Source: Mobula hypostoma
Lineage: Eukaryota
NCBI RefSeq assembly: GCF_963921235.1
Contig: NC_086101.1
Location: 30,132,001-30,196,000, forward strand
Direction of reading: 5' to 3'
DNA length: 64,000 nucleotides
Shown: in pieces, positions 24,470 through 37,389 of the stretch
Layout of the letters: the number at the start of each line of letters is the position of its first letter
Position numbering within the stretch: the first letter of the stretch is position 1
Position numbers and translations under genes: made by a program
The notes under the pieces: model-generated
What the model saw: only the letters and a program-made list of their open reading frames with translations
Database searches by the model: none
Told to the model about the DNA's origin: nothing

Positions 24470-26369
24470 TGCTTTAACCTGAGTCCAGTGTTTCCACTGG
24501 CTGCCTCACCGAGTCTGCACACAGGCACACGTATCATTGGTTAAGTGTACCGTCTGTGGTCCTAACCACCTGGGGGAAAACCCCGGCCTTTCTGGCAGCA
24601 CCCTCACATTGACTTGGTCACTGGGCTGTGGAAGGACTATCTCCTTTCCCTCTGGCTCCCTGATCAGCGATTCGCTGCTATTGTTTCACTCAGTCCTTCA
24701 ACACTTTTAAGTTGGTTACAAAGGTCTTTCGCATATTGTGTCATTCTATCCCTGTAAGCCCCAGGCTCCCCGCAACCCACAATTACCCCATAGGGGAGTT
24801 GCATTGCTCGCCCCATCAATAATTCGTAGGAGCTGAGACCCAATGTGTGGTTCGGGGTTGCACGCATCAGGATTCCTAGTAATACATCAACCCATGTCTA
24901 TCCTGTCTTTCCTGTCTCAGCTATAGCTTTGACTAACACATTCTTGATTGTTCGGTTCATCCTTTCTACCATTCCTGAACTCTGGGGGGTGGTAAGGTAC
25001 ATGGAACTGTTGTCAAATCCCTAGCAGTCAGCACATTTCCTTCATGACTTTCCCCGTGAAATGTGGTCCCTGATCTGAATCCACCTGGACTGGAGTTCCT
25101 CACCTTGGGAGGATTTCCTGAGCTAGGATCCATGCAGCAGTCCTTTGTTGGGAAAGCCTTTATCCACCAGGTGAAGTGATCCATTATTACAAGACAGTAG
25201 CTTTTCCCCCTGCTCTTTGGCAGAGACCCTGTGAAGTCTATCTGGATGTTTTCCCAGTGTCCCCTCAGCCGAGGCTGATTTGCCAGCTGTAGCTTTCTGC
25301 CCTTACCAGGGTTATGCTGGGCACAAATGATACAACAACTACAGAATTTCTCAACATCCCTGCGCATCCCTGGCCACCACCAGTCCTGCCGGAGGGTTGT
25401 GATCATGCTTGGCCTTCCCTGATGCATTGCCCCATGGTATAACTTCAATAGTATCTGCCTAATACATAGTGGGGCCACCGTGACTCCTTCCTCTCCGTGT
25501 GTCCAGCACTCGTCTGGTCCCTCCTTTGCCCGTTTTCTCCTCCATTTTTCCTTCTCTTCTGCCTCCACCTCTTCATAGAATTTTACTAAATTGGCTTCTC
25601 TCGTTCCTTCCTGCAGGCTTCCAATTTCAATTGCCTCTTGTTCCTCTGCTGCCTTCTTCGCAGCAACATCTGCCCACTCATTTCCGTTCCGTTTCATGCT
25701 CTCACCTTTCTGGTGTTTTTGTTTCTTTGCTGTACCCTGAACAGTGGTCAGTGCATCAGTGTTTATAGAGTACTGCTTCTGGGGTTTATACAGACCTTCC
25801 TCTATTTTAACTGGGTTTATCTTTACTCGACCACAATCTTGCTTGTGTCTAGCCCACACTGCTGGGAACTGCTGACAAAGTAACCCATAGACACCATCCT
25901 GGCTCCAGTCTCTGGTGATCGGGGCAGCTGCGACTACACTAGCCAGGTTGTGTATTCTGTTGGTTGTATGCGTTTGCTGCCTCTGAATTGTCCATATTAT
26001 TTCTCGCTTTCCCGAATCTTTAACAGCTCCTGCTTCCCTTAGGATGTCTATTCCAAGGATAGTGCTCTGGATATTTGGGCATACTCAGAAATACACTGGA
26101 AACTGCACTGCCCCGATTTCTAGTATTTGTGACTCACTTCTCTGTTTTCCATCTTACTTCCCTAATATAAATGGCCTGTCCGGTTGTTGGCAAGGGTAAG
26201 TCTGTTATCGATACCGATGCCCCTGTGTCCACTAAAATATTGCATTGCTGTCCCCCTAATGTTGCTGTTGTGTATATCCCCGGGTCACCAGCGCTGGTAG
26301 TGGGGCCCGCCGCCACATCTTTTTCTGACCTAGGAGTTGTCTTTACTTGCTCTATGATCTGATTGACAG
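24470..26369 (-). pseudogene. pol: ERV pro-pol remnant lacking RT core
   Basis: PR, then FPAVWARHKQDCGRV..KQYSI joined directly to the RNase H tail and integrase; stops and frameshifts are present. Confidence 0.8.
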
Positions 26370-27243
26370 TCAGAGTGGAGTGAGAGATTGTGTGTCTGCT
26401 GTGAAGTTCACCTGTTTTTCTTTCCTCTGTTTTGTGCACTGCCTCCAACCAGGTCCCAATAGGCCGCACTTGTAGCATATCAACTTCTTTACCCTCCCAC
26501 GTTTATTCCAGCAATTCCTTGCTTCGTGCCTTGACTGTCGGCAAGCAAAACAAACCCACTGGGACATCACAGCAGCTGCATCCACTATAGCCACTTTACG
26601 ATCTCTCTTGCACTTTCTTCGGTTTATCTCACTGGCCCAGAAAACTATCGCAGAGTAGGTCAACCCCACCATTATGACTAAATCTAAAACTTCCTGATGG
26701 ACTGAGCTCAGGCCTTCCTTCAGCATTTTCAGGAAGACTGGGTCGTCCCTCCTTGGATTATCCAACTCTGAATACTCCTCATATGCCCAATACTTATGTT
26801 CTGCATGATCCATAGCCGCCTCATCAGCGTTTTGAATCACTGCCGTTATCATTCCCCAGTTACGCTCACCTCCCCCCAGTCACTGCCTCACTTCCATATT
26901 TAAGAAAAGCATTATTTTTCTTTATTGTTGGCATTCCCATAGTTGTCCTGGTACCACCCCACACCCCTTGGGCCATCCTGTCCCACATATTCCTCGGGCA
27001 CTTCTCTTTTAACAGCACGTGTACATCTTTAGGGTGCATCTGGTGAATTTCAACCATTTCCTCAAGCTTACGCCAGAATTCTGAATTCCCACATGTGACT
27101 TTACGTGAGGGCAAATTAGACAAAATGCTCTGTTTCTCCCCAGGGGTGAAGGGCTTATGAATGGTCGTAATCAAGGTCAAGGGCTGGCTCAGATCATCGG
27201 GGTTCTCAAAAGACGGGTACCAGTTAAACAACACATACTTCAA
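26370..27243 (-). pseudogene. gag: ERV gag (capsid, MHR-like, two zinc knuckles), frameshifted
   Basis: KLEEMVEIHQMHPKDVHVLL; IQNADEAAMDHAEHK MHR-like; CFACRQSRHEARNC and CYKCGLLGPGWRQC. Confidence 0.75.
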
Positions 27244-27245
27244 AC

Positions 27246-28140
27246 CGCAGAGTATGTGTTCAGCAGTCCAGAGATTACTATCTTGGAGGTCCTGTTTTTC
27301 AATGATTTACCTAAAATAAAGTCTCTCTTCAGGACCTCCTCACCTTTCCTACCCATGCAATTAGTGCGAATATGTACCAAGACCTCTGGCTGCTCCCCCC
27401 CACCCCCACCCACTTCTTTCAGAATGCCAGGACCCGAGCTGAGACATCCCTGTCCCTGACAGTTTGGAGGCAATATGCCATCTAGGTGTCTCTGTCGCTC
27501 CCACAGAATCTCATCTCTGTTCCTCTGACTATGGAATCTCCTATCACCACTCTTCACTCTTTACCAGTGCCCATGGTAAATGCTACAGATGCAATTACTG
27601 CACTTTCCCCCTTGTAGGTCATCCTTCTGAAATTTATCCAAAGTGATGTACCTAATATTGAGGGAAACAGCACAGAGGTACTCCACACTGGCTACCCATT
27701 CCCCTTCCTCCTCCTGATAGTCACGCAATTACATGCCTCCTTCAAGCTAGAGGTGACTACCTCCCATTAGGTCCCATTTATCACTTCATCAGTCTCCCGT
27801 ATGAGCCAAAGTTCACCAAGCTGCACCTGTGGTTCCTTAACACTTTCTGTGAGGAGTTGTGGCTTGGTGCACCTGGTGCACATGTGTTTAGCTGGGAGGC
27901 TGGAGGTTTTCCAGAATTCGCACATCTCATCCACAGAACAAAACCCTTCCCTCGAGTCATTCTCACTGCACTAGCTGTGCCCTAGCAGTGATGGAATGAA
28001 AAAATAAAGAGGCCCAAGACTGACCTCGCCTAAGCTTGCTAAGTCAAATCCACTCCAACGCTGGCTCACTCGCACAATACTTCGTATGCGCCTGTCTTAT
28101 TTTTATTCATCCTTTCTAATTAATCCACTTCACCGATTGG
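27246..28140 (-). mobile_element. CR1 5' portion (5'UTR, ORF1 zinc finger/SGNH)
   Basis: VIGDSIVRGT...EQPEVLVHI.TN..RTSKIVISGLL SGNH motifs. Confidence 0.75.
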
Positions 28141-29399
28141 GTGTAGTCCTACTCAATCCTATGTAGTCTACAACCCAATGTTACGAAACAGGGAATTTTC
28201 CAGATCCCAGCAAACTTTATCCTGTGATCTATTCTCTCCCGTTCTACTTGACCTAGGTCTTCTCAACACTATTCCTTCCAAATTACCTCACTGTTTGTCT
28301 GTCACCCAGATCCTTTCTCCTTTCTAACCTGTTCCCATCTAACATCTTTCCTTTATCTTGTGCCACTGATCAACTTCTTTATCAGAATTCATAATTTGCA
28401 GCTTGCTGTAGTTTGCACATCACCTTCCAGCCTGTCACTACCTCATACTTTCCTACCCCACCTACCTCTACCTGCCCATCACCCAGATCCACCTATCTCT
28501 TTCCAGATCTTGTTTCACCCTCCCCTTTCTTCTTCATAATGGCCGTCTCTCCTCAAAACCATCAGAACCACTATAAAGTACAGATCTTGAAGTTGGAGTT
28601 GACAAAGACAAGCACAGAGTGCACGTTGGTGTCTGACACTGCCTGCCTGTATTTGAGCAATCTTCCTCTCCCTTTGGCTAGCTGCTGTCAGAGGAAAGCA
28701 CAGGAACCTTGGGCTCCACGATGCAAGGATTGGTCAGCAAGGCTCGTGGACTCATCTTGGGGGACTTTGAGGTTCATGTTGCATGTATTTCTGGATCCTG
28801 GTTACACTCTTTTGCTGTTTTTGGGTAGTTTGATCGTGGCATTCAGAGCAGATGGGGGCACCTCAGCGAAGATGGGCTCTGTGCCCTGCAGTCAGCTGGC
28901 AACACAGAACTGGACTTATCCTAATAAATTGAATACTCCTAGTTTGATGTTGAGATTCCAGGTGTTGCTCGATCACTTTTTGCAATTTGAATAAACAGTT
29001 CTTTTATTCGTTCATTGGATGCATCATGTTTTCTTTGAACAAATTCCATGGTGTTTCTTTGTTTTGTGGCTGCTGTGGGAGGATGAATCTCAGAGCTGTA
29101 TTCTGTATACATACTTAGATAATAAATATACTTTGATTCTTTGAAATTGTCAAAAGTATCCTCCCTTGAGAGTTTCTGTCTGTTCCGCTACCCTCCTATA
29201 GTAAAAACAAGAGAAAATCTGCAGATGTTGGAAAAGCTTCCGTTTTTTCACCAATCTACTTCCCAGCTCTTTACTTCATCCCTCCCCCTTCAGGTGTTAT
29301 CTATCACCATGTGTTTCTGTCTCCACTCCCCCACTTTTTAAACCTTTTTCTCTCCAGTCCTGCTGAAGGTTTTCCGGCGGAAACATCATCTTTTTTCTA

Positions 29400-31110
29400 T
29401 ACACACATCAAAGTTGCTGGCGAACGCAGCAGGCCAGGCAGCATCTCTAGGAAGAGGTACAGTCGAAGTTTCGGGTCAAGACCCTTCGTCGGAACTACAG
29501 AAACAAGAGCTAGTAAGAGATTTGAAAGTGGGAGGCGGAGGGGGAGATCCAAAATGATAGGAGAAGACAGGAGGGGGAGGGGTGGAGCCGAGAGCTGGAC
29601 AGGTGATTGGTAAAAGGGATATGAGAGGATCATGGGACAGGAGGCCCAGGGAGAAGGAAAAGGGGGAGGGGGGAGGAAAAACCCAGAGGATGGGCAAGGG
29701 GTAGAGTGAGACAGACACCTCCCTCCCCTTTCTAGATCTTTCTGTCTCTATCTCTGGAGACAGCTTAACTACTGATGTGTACTATAAGCATACGGACTCT
29801 CACAGCTACCTGGACTTTCCCTCTTTCCACCCTGTCTCTTGCAAAAATGCCATCACCTACTTGCAATTCCTCCATCTCCGCCGCATCCAGATGAGGCTTT
29901 TCATTCTAGGACGAAGGAGATGTCTCCCTTTTTTAAAGAAAGGGGCTTCCCTTCCTCCACCATCAACTCTGCTCTCAAACGCATCTCTCCTATTTCACGC
30001 ACATCTGCTCTCACTCCATCCTCCCGCTACCCCACTAGGAATAAGGTTCCCCTTGTCCTAACCTGCCATCCCACCAGCCTCCGGGTCCAACATATAATTC
30101 TCCGTAACTTCCGCCACCTCTAACAGGATCCCACCACTAAGCACATCTATCCTTCCCTCACTTTTCTGCTTTCTGCAGTGATCACTCCCTGTGCGATTCC
30201 CTTGTCCATTCGTTCCCCCCATCCCTTCTCACCAATCTCCCTCCCGGCATTTATCCTTGTAAGCGGAACAAGTGCTACACAGGCCCTTACACTTCCTCCC
30301 TCACCACCATTCAGGGCCCCAGGCAGTCCTTCCAGGTGAGGTGACACTTCACCTGTGAGTCTGCCGGGGTGATGTACTGCGTCCGGTGCTCCCGGTGCGG
30401 TCTTCTATATACTGGCGAGACATGATGCAGGCTGGGAGACCATTTCGCTGAACACATACGGTTTATGTGCCAGAGAAAGCAGGATCTCCCAGTGGCCACA
30501 CAATTTAATTCCACATCCCATTCCCATTCTGACATGTCTATCCACGGCCTTCTCTACTGTAAAGAAGAAGCCACACTCAGGTTGGAGGAACAACACCTTA
30601 TATTCCGACTGTGTAGCCTCCAACCTGATGGCATGAACATTGACTTCTCTAATTTCAGTTAATGCCCCTCCTCCCCTTCACACCACACCCCTTATTTTAT
30701 TTATTTATTTATCTATCTATCTATTTATTTATTTAATATTTTTAATATATTTTTAATTTTCCTCCCTCACTTTTTTTCTACCTCTGTCCCTCTCACTAAA
30801 ATTCCTTGCCTGCTCTCCACCCTCCAGGCTCATCTCCCCCCTTTTCTTTCTCCCCAGGCTTCCCGTCCATGATCCTCTCTCTTCTCCAGCCTGGTATCCC
30901 TTTTGCCCATCAACTTTCCAGCTGTTAGATCCACCCCTCCCCTCCTGCCTTCTTCTATCATTTCGGATCTTCGCTCCCTCTCCCACTTTCAAATCTCTGA
31001 CTATCTCTTCCTTCATTTAGTCCTGGCGAAGGGTCCCAGCCCAAAATGTCGTTTGTACTTCTCCCTGTAGATGCTGACTGGACTGCTGCGTTTACTAGCA
31101 TTTTGTGTGT
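29400..31110 (+). mobile_element. Neptune-type Penelope: inverted 5' pLTR, RT C-terminus, GIY-YIG endonuclease, pLTR
   Basis: LPFLDLSV..DVYYKHTDSHSYLD; HFTCESAGVMYCVRCSRCGLLYTGET; LEEQHLIFRL. Both hammerheads are degenerate. Confidence 0.85.
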
Positions 31111-31139
31111 GGTGTTAGGAGAAACAAAACTATAGTTCA

Positions 31140-32130
31140 GTTAGTCCGACGTCAGTGGATGGGAATGTGTTGAATTTGATTGTTAAGGATGTGGTTTTGG
31201 GGTACTTGGTGGGCTGAAGTCAATACAGTTCCCTTAAGGGTACTTGGATTTTTCAGCAGGCCTTTGACAAGGTGCCACACATGAGGCTGTTTAACAAATC
31301 CATGGTATTATAGGAAAGATGCTAGTAGAGAAAGGGCATTGCCTGCTTGGCAGCAGGCAAGAAGTGGGAGTAATGGAAAGCAGTTTATCTTGGCTGCCAG
31401 TGTCTACTCTGTTTTGAAACTGCTTTCTATATGATACCTCAATGGTTTGGATGATAGAATTGATGGTTTTGAGACCCAATTTGCTGATGATATAAACATT
31501 GGTGGAGGTGCTGGTTGTTTTGAGGAAGAATAGAGGATACAGACAGATTTAGACAGATTAGGAAAATGAGCAAAGAAATGGCAAATACAATACAGTTTTG
31601 GGAATTAGGAGAAGAAATAAAAGCATTGACTATTTTCTAAATGGAGCAAAAATTTTAAAAAAGGATTTTGGGTCCTCATGTAGGGATTGCCAAAGGATAA
31701 TTTCCAGGTTGAGTCGTTAGTGAGGATGGCAAATGTGATGTTAGCATTTATTTTGAGAAGATAAAAGTAAGAATGTAATATTGAAGCTTTATAACACCCT
31801 CTGAGGCCTCAGGTGGAGCATTGTGAGCAGGTTTGGACCTTTTATTTAAGAAAGGATGTGCTGATATTGGAGTAGGTGCAAAGGAAGATCAGCTAAATTC
31901 TTCTGGGACTGATGAATCTGTGGAATTCATTGCCATAAGCGATTGTGCAGGCCAAGTTATTGGGCATATTTATGGCAGAGGTTGATGAGCTTTGGTTTAG
32001 TCAGGGTATGGGTGGGTATAATGAGAAGACAGGAGATTGGGGCTGGGAGGGAAATGGATCAGCTATGATGAAATGGTGGAGAAGAACCAATGGGACAAAT
32101 GGTCTTATTCTGCTCCTATGTCTTATGGTA
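31140..32130 (+). mobile_element. CR1 RT/3' fragment, decayed
   Basis: LDFQQAFDKVPH and FADDINIGG remnants, CR1 3' UTR. Confidence 0.65.
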
Positions 32131-32169
32131 TTTTATGAACTTCCAATCTTGTAGCTTGACCTTAGCCCG

Positions 32170-33130
32170 ATGCTGACAGTGCACGAGGCTAAGGATAAAT
32201 GCATCCCAGTGGGAATGCAAGGAGAAATGAAATGGCTTGTGAATGGGAGCTTGAGATGGCCACTGTGGACGGAGCACAGATGGTCAGTGAAGTAGTTGCC
32301 TGGTCTGTGCCTGGTGTCGCCAATATACAGCAGACTATATCGGAGGAGGTTCTCTGCCTCATCAGAAAGGCCAGTTTAGGTCAGTGGATGACGGTAAAGG
32401 AGGTGTTGTAGGGACAAGAGTTGTATTTCTTACTGCTGTAAGGGAAAATACTGCTGGAATATGGAAGAATGGGTGGGGAAGGGTGAATGAGGTTGGTGGC
32501 CATGCAGAAGGTGATCCCTGTGAAAAGCACAGGGATGTGAGAAGGCGGAAATGTGACAGGTGGTGTGGTTGTGTAGCAATGGATGGATATGATGAAGAAT
32601 GATATGCTAGATGCATGGGCTGATGTGATGAAAGATGAGGATCAAAGGAAATCTGCTTGCCTGTGAGGAAGTAGTGCAGGACTAGAAGTGTGGGAAAATG
32701 GAGGAGATGTCACTGAGGAGTCATTAATGTCAGACCGTTGGAAGCCACACTTCTGGAACAGAAAACCATCTCTTCGAGCAGATGTGTTAGAGATAGAGAA
32801 ACCAAGAAAGCCATGGTATCACTACACAAGACAGGGTGAGAGAAGGTGTAGTCTAGCTAGATGATGGATTTGATGTGTTTATAGTACGTTTGTAAATGTT
32901 AGGTGGTATTTTGTCTTCTGAGATGATCTGGATAGTGGGGAAATGTATCAGAAATGCTCTATGTGAATTTGAGAACTGAGTGGGTTAGTAGAAAAATTGA
33001 CAAAACAGCTCCACACAGATATAGTACCAATGCAGTTATCAATGTACTGGAGAAAGAAAGAGGGAGTAGAGCCAGTAATAAGCACTGTACCAAGTTGCTA
33101 TTAAAAAGGGATGCATAGCTGGGTCACATG
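32170..33130 (-). mobile_element. Old Penelope RT/EN fragment
   Basis: The reverse strand gives decayed NIYK..LDYTFSHP and CIYWRHQAQ-like PLE motifs. Confidence 0.5.
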
Positions 33131-33261
33131 TGGGTGTCCATGGCTTCAGGTATTTTTTGTATAAAATGAGAAGAATAAAAAAAAAGTTTGTCTTGATTTA
33201 AAAACGTGTGGAGAAGAGTGAGGAGAGTGTTGGTGGCAGATAACACTCTCCCCAGTAATGA

Positions 33262-33530
33262 GGGTGTTAGCTCAACGGTATTACAACCTGGTGTTCTGGA
33301 GTTCAATTCTAGTACGTGCTATAAGAAGTCTGTACATCCTCCCTTTGGAATGTATGGGTTTTCCTGAGTGTTCTGGTTTCCTCCCAGAGTCTAAAGATAT
33401 ATTGGGTAAGTTAATTGGTTATTGTAAGTCGTCCTGTGATTAGTTTAGGGTTAATTATGTTTGTCAGGTGTTGTTGGGGCAGCATGGCTGGAAGGGCCTG
33501 CCCCATGCTGTATTGCTAAATAAAATGAAA
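33262..33530 (+). mobile_element. V-SINE (HE1-like)
   Basis: B-box-like gagttcaattc, V-domain gggttttcctgagtgttctggtttcctcccagagtctaaag, tail gaagggcctg..gctgtat. Confidence 0.7.
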
Positions 33531-33869
33531 TACTGTAATTGATTGAATCAATATTGTAGAATAAATATGATAGGTCTCACTTTGCCTACTTAAGCATAAT
33601 CTGATGTAACTTAATCAGAGCAGATTGGCATGGAAATCCGTGCTGATTATTTCACGTATCCTACAATAACTCATTTTCTCTCCATATTCCCAACTACTAC
33701 ACCCAGATTTTACCACTCAGTTCCACACTATGGACAGGTTACCATGGGCAATTAACCAACCCAGCTGAGTTTGGGATGTGTGTGGAATATCTTATTGTCT
33801 GAATATATTATTTTAAGCTATTTCCAGTCATCACTCACCAACATATTTCTATTATTTTGTTCCCTCTAG

Positions 33870-34130
33870 TGTCTCACTCACTGATCTATTACTACACTCT
33901 GAATCATGGAAATGCTGATCTACCTGAGTATAGTGTCGTCGGTGACCTGGATGGTTGTGAGATCCAGTATTATGACGCAACCATGGAAATGACAGTCCCA
34001 AGACAAAAATGGATGGCGGCTGCATTTGACAAGTCTTATTGGGCAAAAGATACAATGACTGAACATAGTATCCATGGAATCATAAAGGGGCAAGCTATAG
34101 AATGGCTGCAGCAGCATAACGAAAGTACAG
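33870..34130 (+). CDS. MHC class I-like exon 2, alpha1 domain
   Basis: ttccctctag|..|gttagt; (M)SHSLIYYYT..PEYSVVGDLDG..YYD..PRQKWM..YW..HNESTG; 261 nt; N86 sequon NES. Confidence 0.95.
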
Positions 34131-34869
34131 GTTAGTCTATCCAGTTGAATGAATGTGGAGGGGGTTCTAGGTCAATGCGAATGAACATGTGAATAAAAAA
34201 CACAGATGCTGGAAATCTGAAATGGCATGAAATAATTGCAGAGTTGGATGCCCAAGCTATGGTGCACTAAGTATTTTGAAGGTCAGACATAACAAAACTT
34301 GGGCAATTGATTTACCAGTAACTCCCACTGTAAGTTGTGAAATTCATTCTGCCACAGCTGACATTGACTGACACTGATGTTGTATAACTGATTATTTTTC
34401 ATAATGTTGCTTTTTATCATGTGATATTTTGTTATGTATTCAGCAAATCTTTACTGAAGTAGTATTTAACTCTGGACAGATTGAGAAAGATTCATATCTG
34501 CGGCAAATTATTATTGGTTGGTCACAACTTCTATCAACATTCAGATCTAGTAGTAATATAAATTTTATTTAACAATAAGACAATCATTGAATTATTATCA
34601 GGTTCATTGAGTAATTGAGAGAACAATATCAATCATTATTAAATATACCATTTTTATATGCTTTATTCACGGTGGACATTTAATCTACAGCAGACGTACG
34701 TTTGATAGCTTATAGAGCTATTAGTTTATAGCTCCAGTTACATAAGCTCAATGCTGCCCTCTAGTGCTACCTCTGTGGAGTCTGCATTTTCTTCATGTGA
34801 CCACATTGCTGCCTTGCTTTCCTACAAGTCCCCAAAAGCATGCAGGTCAGTAGGTTATAAATATGTGAT

Positions 34870-35195
34870 TCTATAGATGCTGGAAATCTACAACAGCACT
34901 CTCAAAATGCTGGAGGAACTCAGCAGGCCAGGAAGCTTTTATGGAAATGAATAAACAGTTGACCTTTCGGGCTGAGGCCCGTCATCAGGACTAGAGAGGG
35001 AAGATGCCAGAATAAGAAGGTGGGAGGCGGGCAAGGAATTCAAGCTTAGAGGGTTGTAGATGAAGACAGATGGGTTGGAGAGTGGAAGTGAAGTGCTGTA
35101 AGAAGCTGGGAGATGATAGATGGAAAAGGTACAGGGCTGGAGAAGAAGGAATCTGAAAAGACAGAAAAGTGGACCATGGGGGGAAAAAGACCATA
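34870..35195 (-). mobile_element. Penelope pLTR/3'UTR, degenerate hammerhead
   Basis: atagatgctggaaatct..gctggaggaactcagcaggcc..tttcgggctgaggcccgtcatcaggact. Confidence 0.7.
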
Positions 35196-35569
35196 AGATG
35201 TCAAAATTGAAAGCATATTTATTATCAAAAAATGTGTAAATTAAATAACCTTGACATTTGTCTGTTTACAGGCAGTCACAGATCAGGAAACCAGAAAGAA
35301 CGCAATTTTGAAAAAGGACCAATACCTAATGTGCAGATAGAGAAAGAAAACACACAAATGCAAACAATAAAGCAATCAACAGCATTCAAAATTAAATTTA
35401 GCCCATAGGTGTGATGCCTGGAGTAGGCTCATAGCCTCAGTCTCAAATCATCACTCAGTGGGGCAAATTGGCACAATGCTCACAGACATGAAGCTCAGAG
35501 CAGGGTACAGCCTCAGCGCTGAGGACAGCAAAGCAAACGCCACAGAGTAAATGTATAAAAACACATGGC

Positions 35570-36385
35570 TTTAAGTGAAATTCTGAATCCAGCTGTCTTT
35601 GGTAGCCTCCAGTGAGGTTTCATCACTTTTTGCCTTCTGATCAATTGTTGATGCTGGTAGCACACTCACTTGAGCACCTGTGTCACATTAAAGCATTGCC
35701 CTGAAAGGGTGTCTGTAATGAACAGTAGATGACACTGGCAGCTGGAACGCACAGTGTTCACAGACCTCTGAAGTCACAGTGCACTGGCACTGTTGAAGCT
35801 GCAAGGCAGTTGGCACATACTCGAGTTCATACCAAAGCAAGCATGGCAAAAGCACAGACCCAGAGTTTTCTGCTTCACAGCCAGGGGTGTGTGTGTGCTG
35901 GAGGCCCTGCTGACCAGGCTTATTGAGGCAGGGAAAAGGAGAGGAATTATGCATCTCTGCCTGGATGTGTTTGGACTATCAGGCATTTTAGCAAGCTTCC
36001 TATAGTCCTCCGTGCATGCATTAGTGGGGGCCATGTGAACTTGATCAAACATTGGCTGCATAAAGGGTTCTTTAAAAATTAAACAAGGATAGTGATTTCC
36101 CAGAAGAGACTGTATGTAGTCCATTAGTTCTGAAGGCTGAGCATCTCCCAGGCATCTGTTTGGTATGCTGGAGTTCAATAAGCCCAAAGTTTGTAAAAGG
36201 CGAGCTTTCAGGCTGGTATTCAAGTAAGCACACTACTCTCACAGACGTGGAACTACTGAGTGATGCTACTATGTAGCAATATTTGGTGTCGCATGCAGAG
36301 ATCGGGCTTCAGCGTGCGCAAACTAAGCAGCAGCATTTCATTCCCAAACTCCAGCAACTTCAAAGAAATGCATTAGCTGATGTGT
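35570..36385 (-). mobile_element. Gypsy gag-protease fragment
   Basis: SLKL.EFWE; LGDAQPSELMDYIQSLLGNHYPCLIFKEPF; CFCHACFG..CQLPC; with a frameshift, CDTGAQVSVLP. Confidence 0.75.
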
Positions 36386-36427
36386 GTTCAATTACTCTGG
36401 AATAGTCCTACAGCATTGGGGTCAACA

Positions 36428-37136
36428 CTTCACCTGTGAGTTGACTGGGGTGATATACTGCGTCCGGTGCTCCTGATGTGGCCTTTTATATATTGGCGAG
36501 ACCCAACGCAGACTGGGAGACCGCTTTGCTGAACATCTACGCTCTGTCCGCCAGAGAAAGCAGGATCTCCCAGTGGCCACACATTTTAATTCCACATCCC
36601 ATTCCCATTCTGATATGTCTATCCACGGCCTCCTCTACTGTAAAAATGAAGCCACACTCAGGTTGGAGGAACAACACCTTATATTCCGTCTGGGTAGCCT
36701 CCAACCTGATGGCATGAACATCGACTTCTCTAACTTCCGCTAATGCCCCACCTCCCCCTCGTACCCCATCTGTTACTTATTTTTATACACACATTCTTTC
36801 TCTCACTCTCCTTTTTCTCCCCCTGTCCCTCTGTATATACCCCTTGCCCATCCTCTGGGTCCCCCCCCCCCGTTGTCTTTCTTCCTGGACCTCCTGTCCC
36901 ATAATCCTCTCATATCCCTTTTGCCTATCACCTCTCTAGCTCTTGGCTCCATCCCTCCCCCTCCTGTCTTCTCCTATCATTTTGGATCTCCCCGTCCCCC
37001 TCCAACTTTCAAATCCCTTCCTCACTCTTCCTTCAGTTAGTCCTGACGAAGAGTCTCGGCCTGAAACGTCGACTGCACCTCTTCCGAGAGATGCTGCCTG
37101 GCCTGCTGCGTTCACCAGCAACTTTGATATGTGTTG
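36428..37136 (+). mobile_element. 5'-truncated Penelope (GIY-YIG plus pLTR), 10-bp TSD
   Basis: VIYCVRCS*CGLLYIGETQRRLGDRFAEH; TSD ggggtcaaca at 36418-36427 and 37137-37146. Confidence 0.9.
37039..37074 (+). ncRNA. Minimal hammerhead ribozyme motif, one stem II mismatch
   Basis: AGTC CTGACGA AGA-GTCTCGG-CCT GAAA CGTC GACT. Confidence 0.6.
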
Positions 37137-37389
37137 GGGGTCAACAGTGTAGGTTTTCAGAAATAAAACAGCAGATTTGAAGGAAGCTGTAACAACTCAT
37201 TATTGTCTTCCAAACACAGAACATACTGCACAGTAAAACACTTCATGTAATTGGGGTATCATGTCAGACAATCCTTCTAAATTGAACGCCAACTCAATGT
37301 TGGTGGTTGTGAATCATGCAGGTTTCACTGATTACATTACCCTACAGTGCCACCTTAAACTGCAAGTACATATAGGGAATATGAGGTGT

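Larger units (their letters stand above)
23655..27245 (-). mobile_element. Endogenous retrovirus-like element, internally deleted, no LTRs visible
   Basis: Order is gag CA/NC, PR (LVDTGA, ILGIDIL), RT N-terminal stub, RNase H C-terminus (HQK..GNEWADVAAKKAA), integrase (QIDFT, LVIMDHFT, SDQGPHFT, PYHPQSSGMVERMNRTIK, PRWLGPQTV). Confidence 0.85.

Noticed and set aside
27240-27557. ORF next to ERV gag, first read as the gag N-terminus
   Set aside because: Adjacent frames give GDSIVRG / VHI.TN SGNH motifs, so it is CR1 ORF1.
28413-28994. 193-aa + strand ORF
   Set aside because: It spans decayed Penelope UTR and LINE-tail sequence; no domain signature or splice context.
30690-30760. (attt)n/(atct)n tract
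   Set aside because: An ordinary microsatellite within the Penelope 3'UTR.
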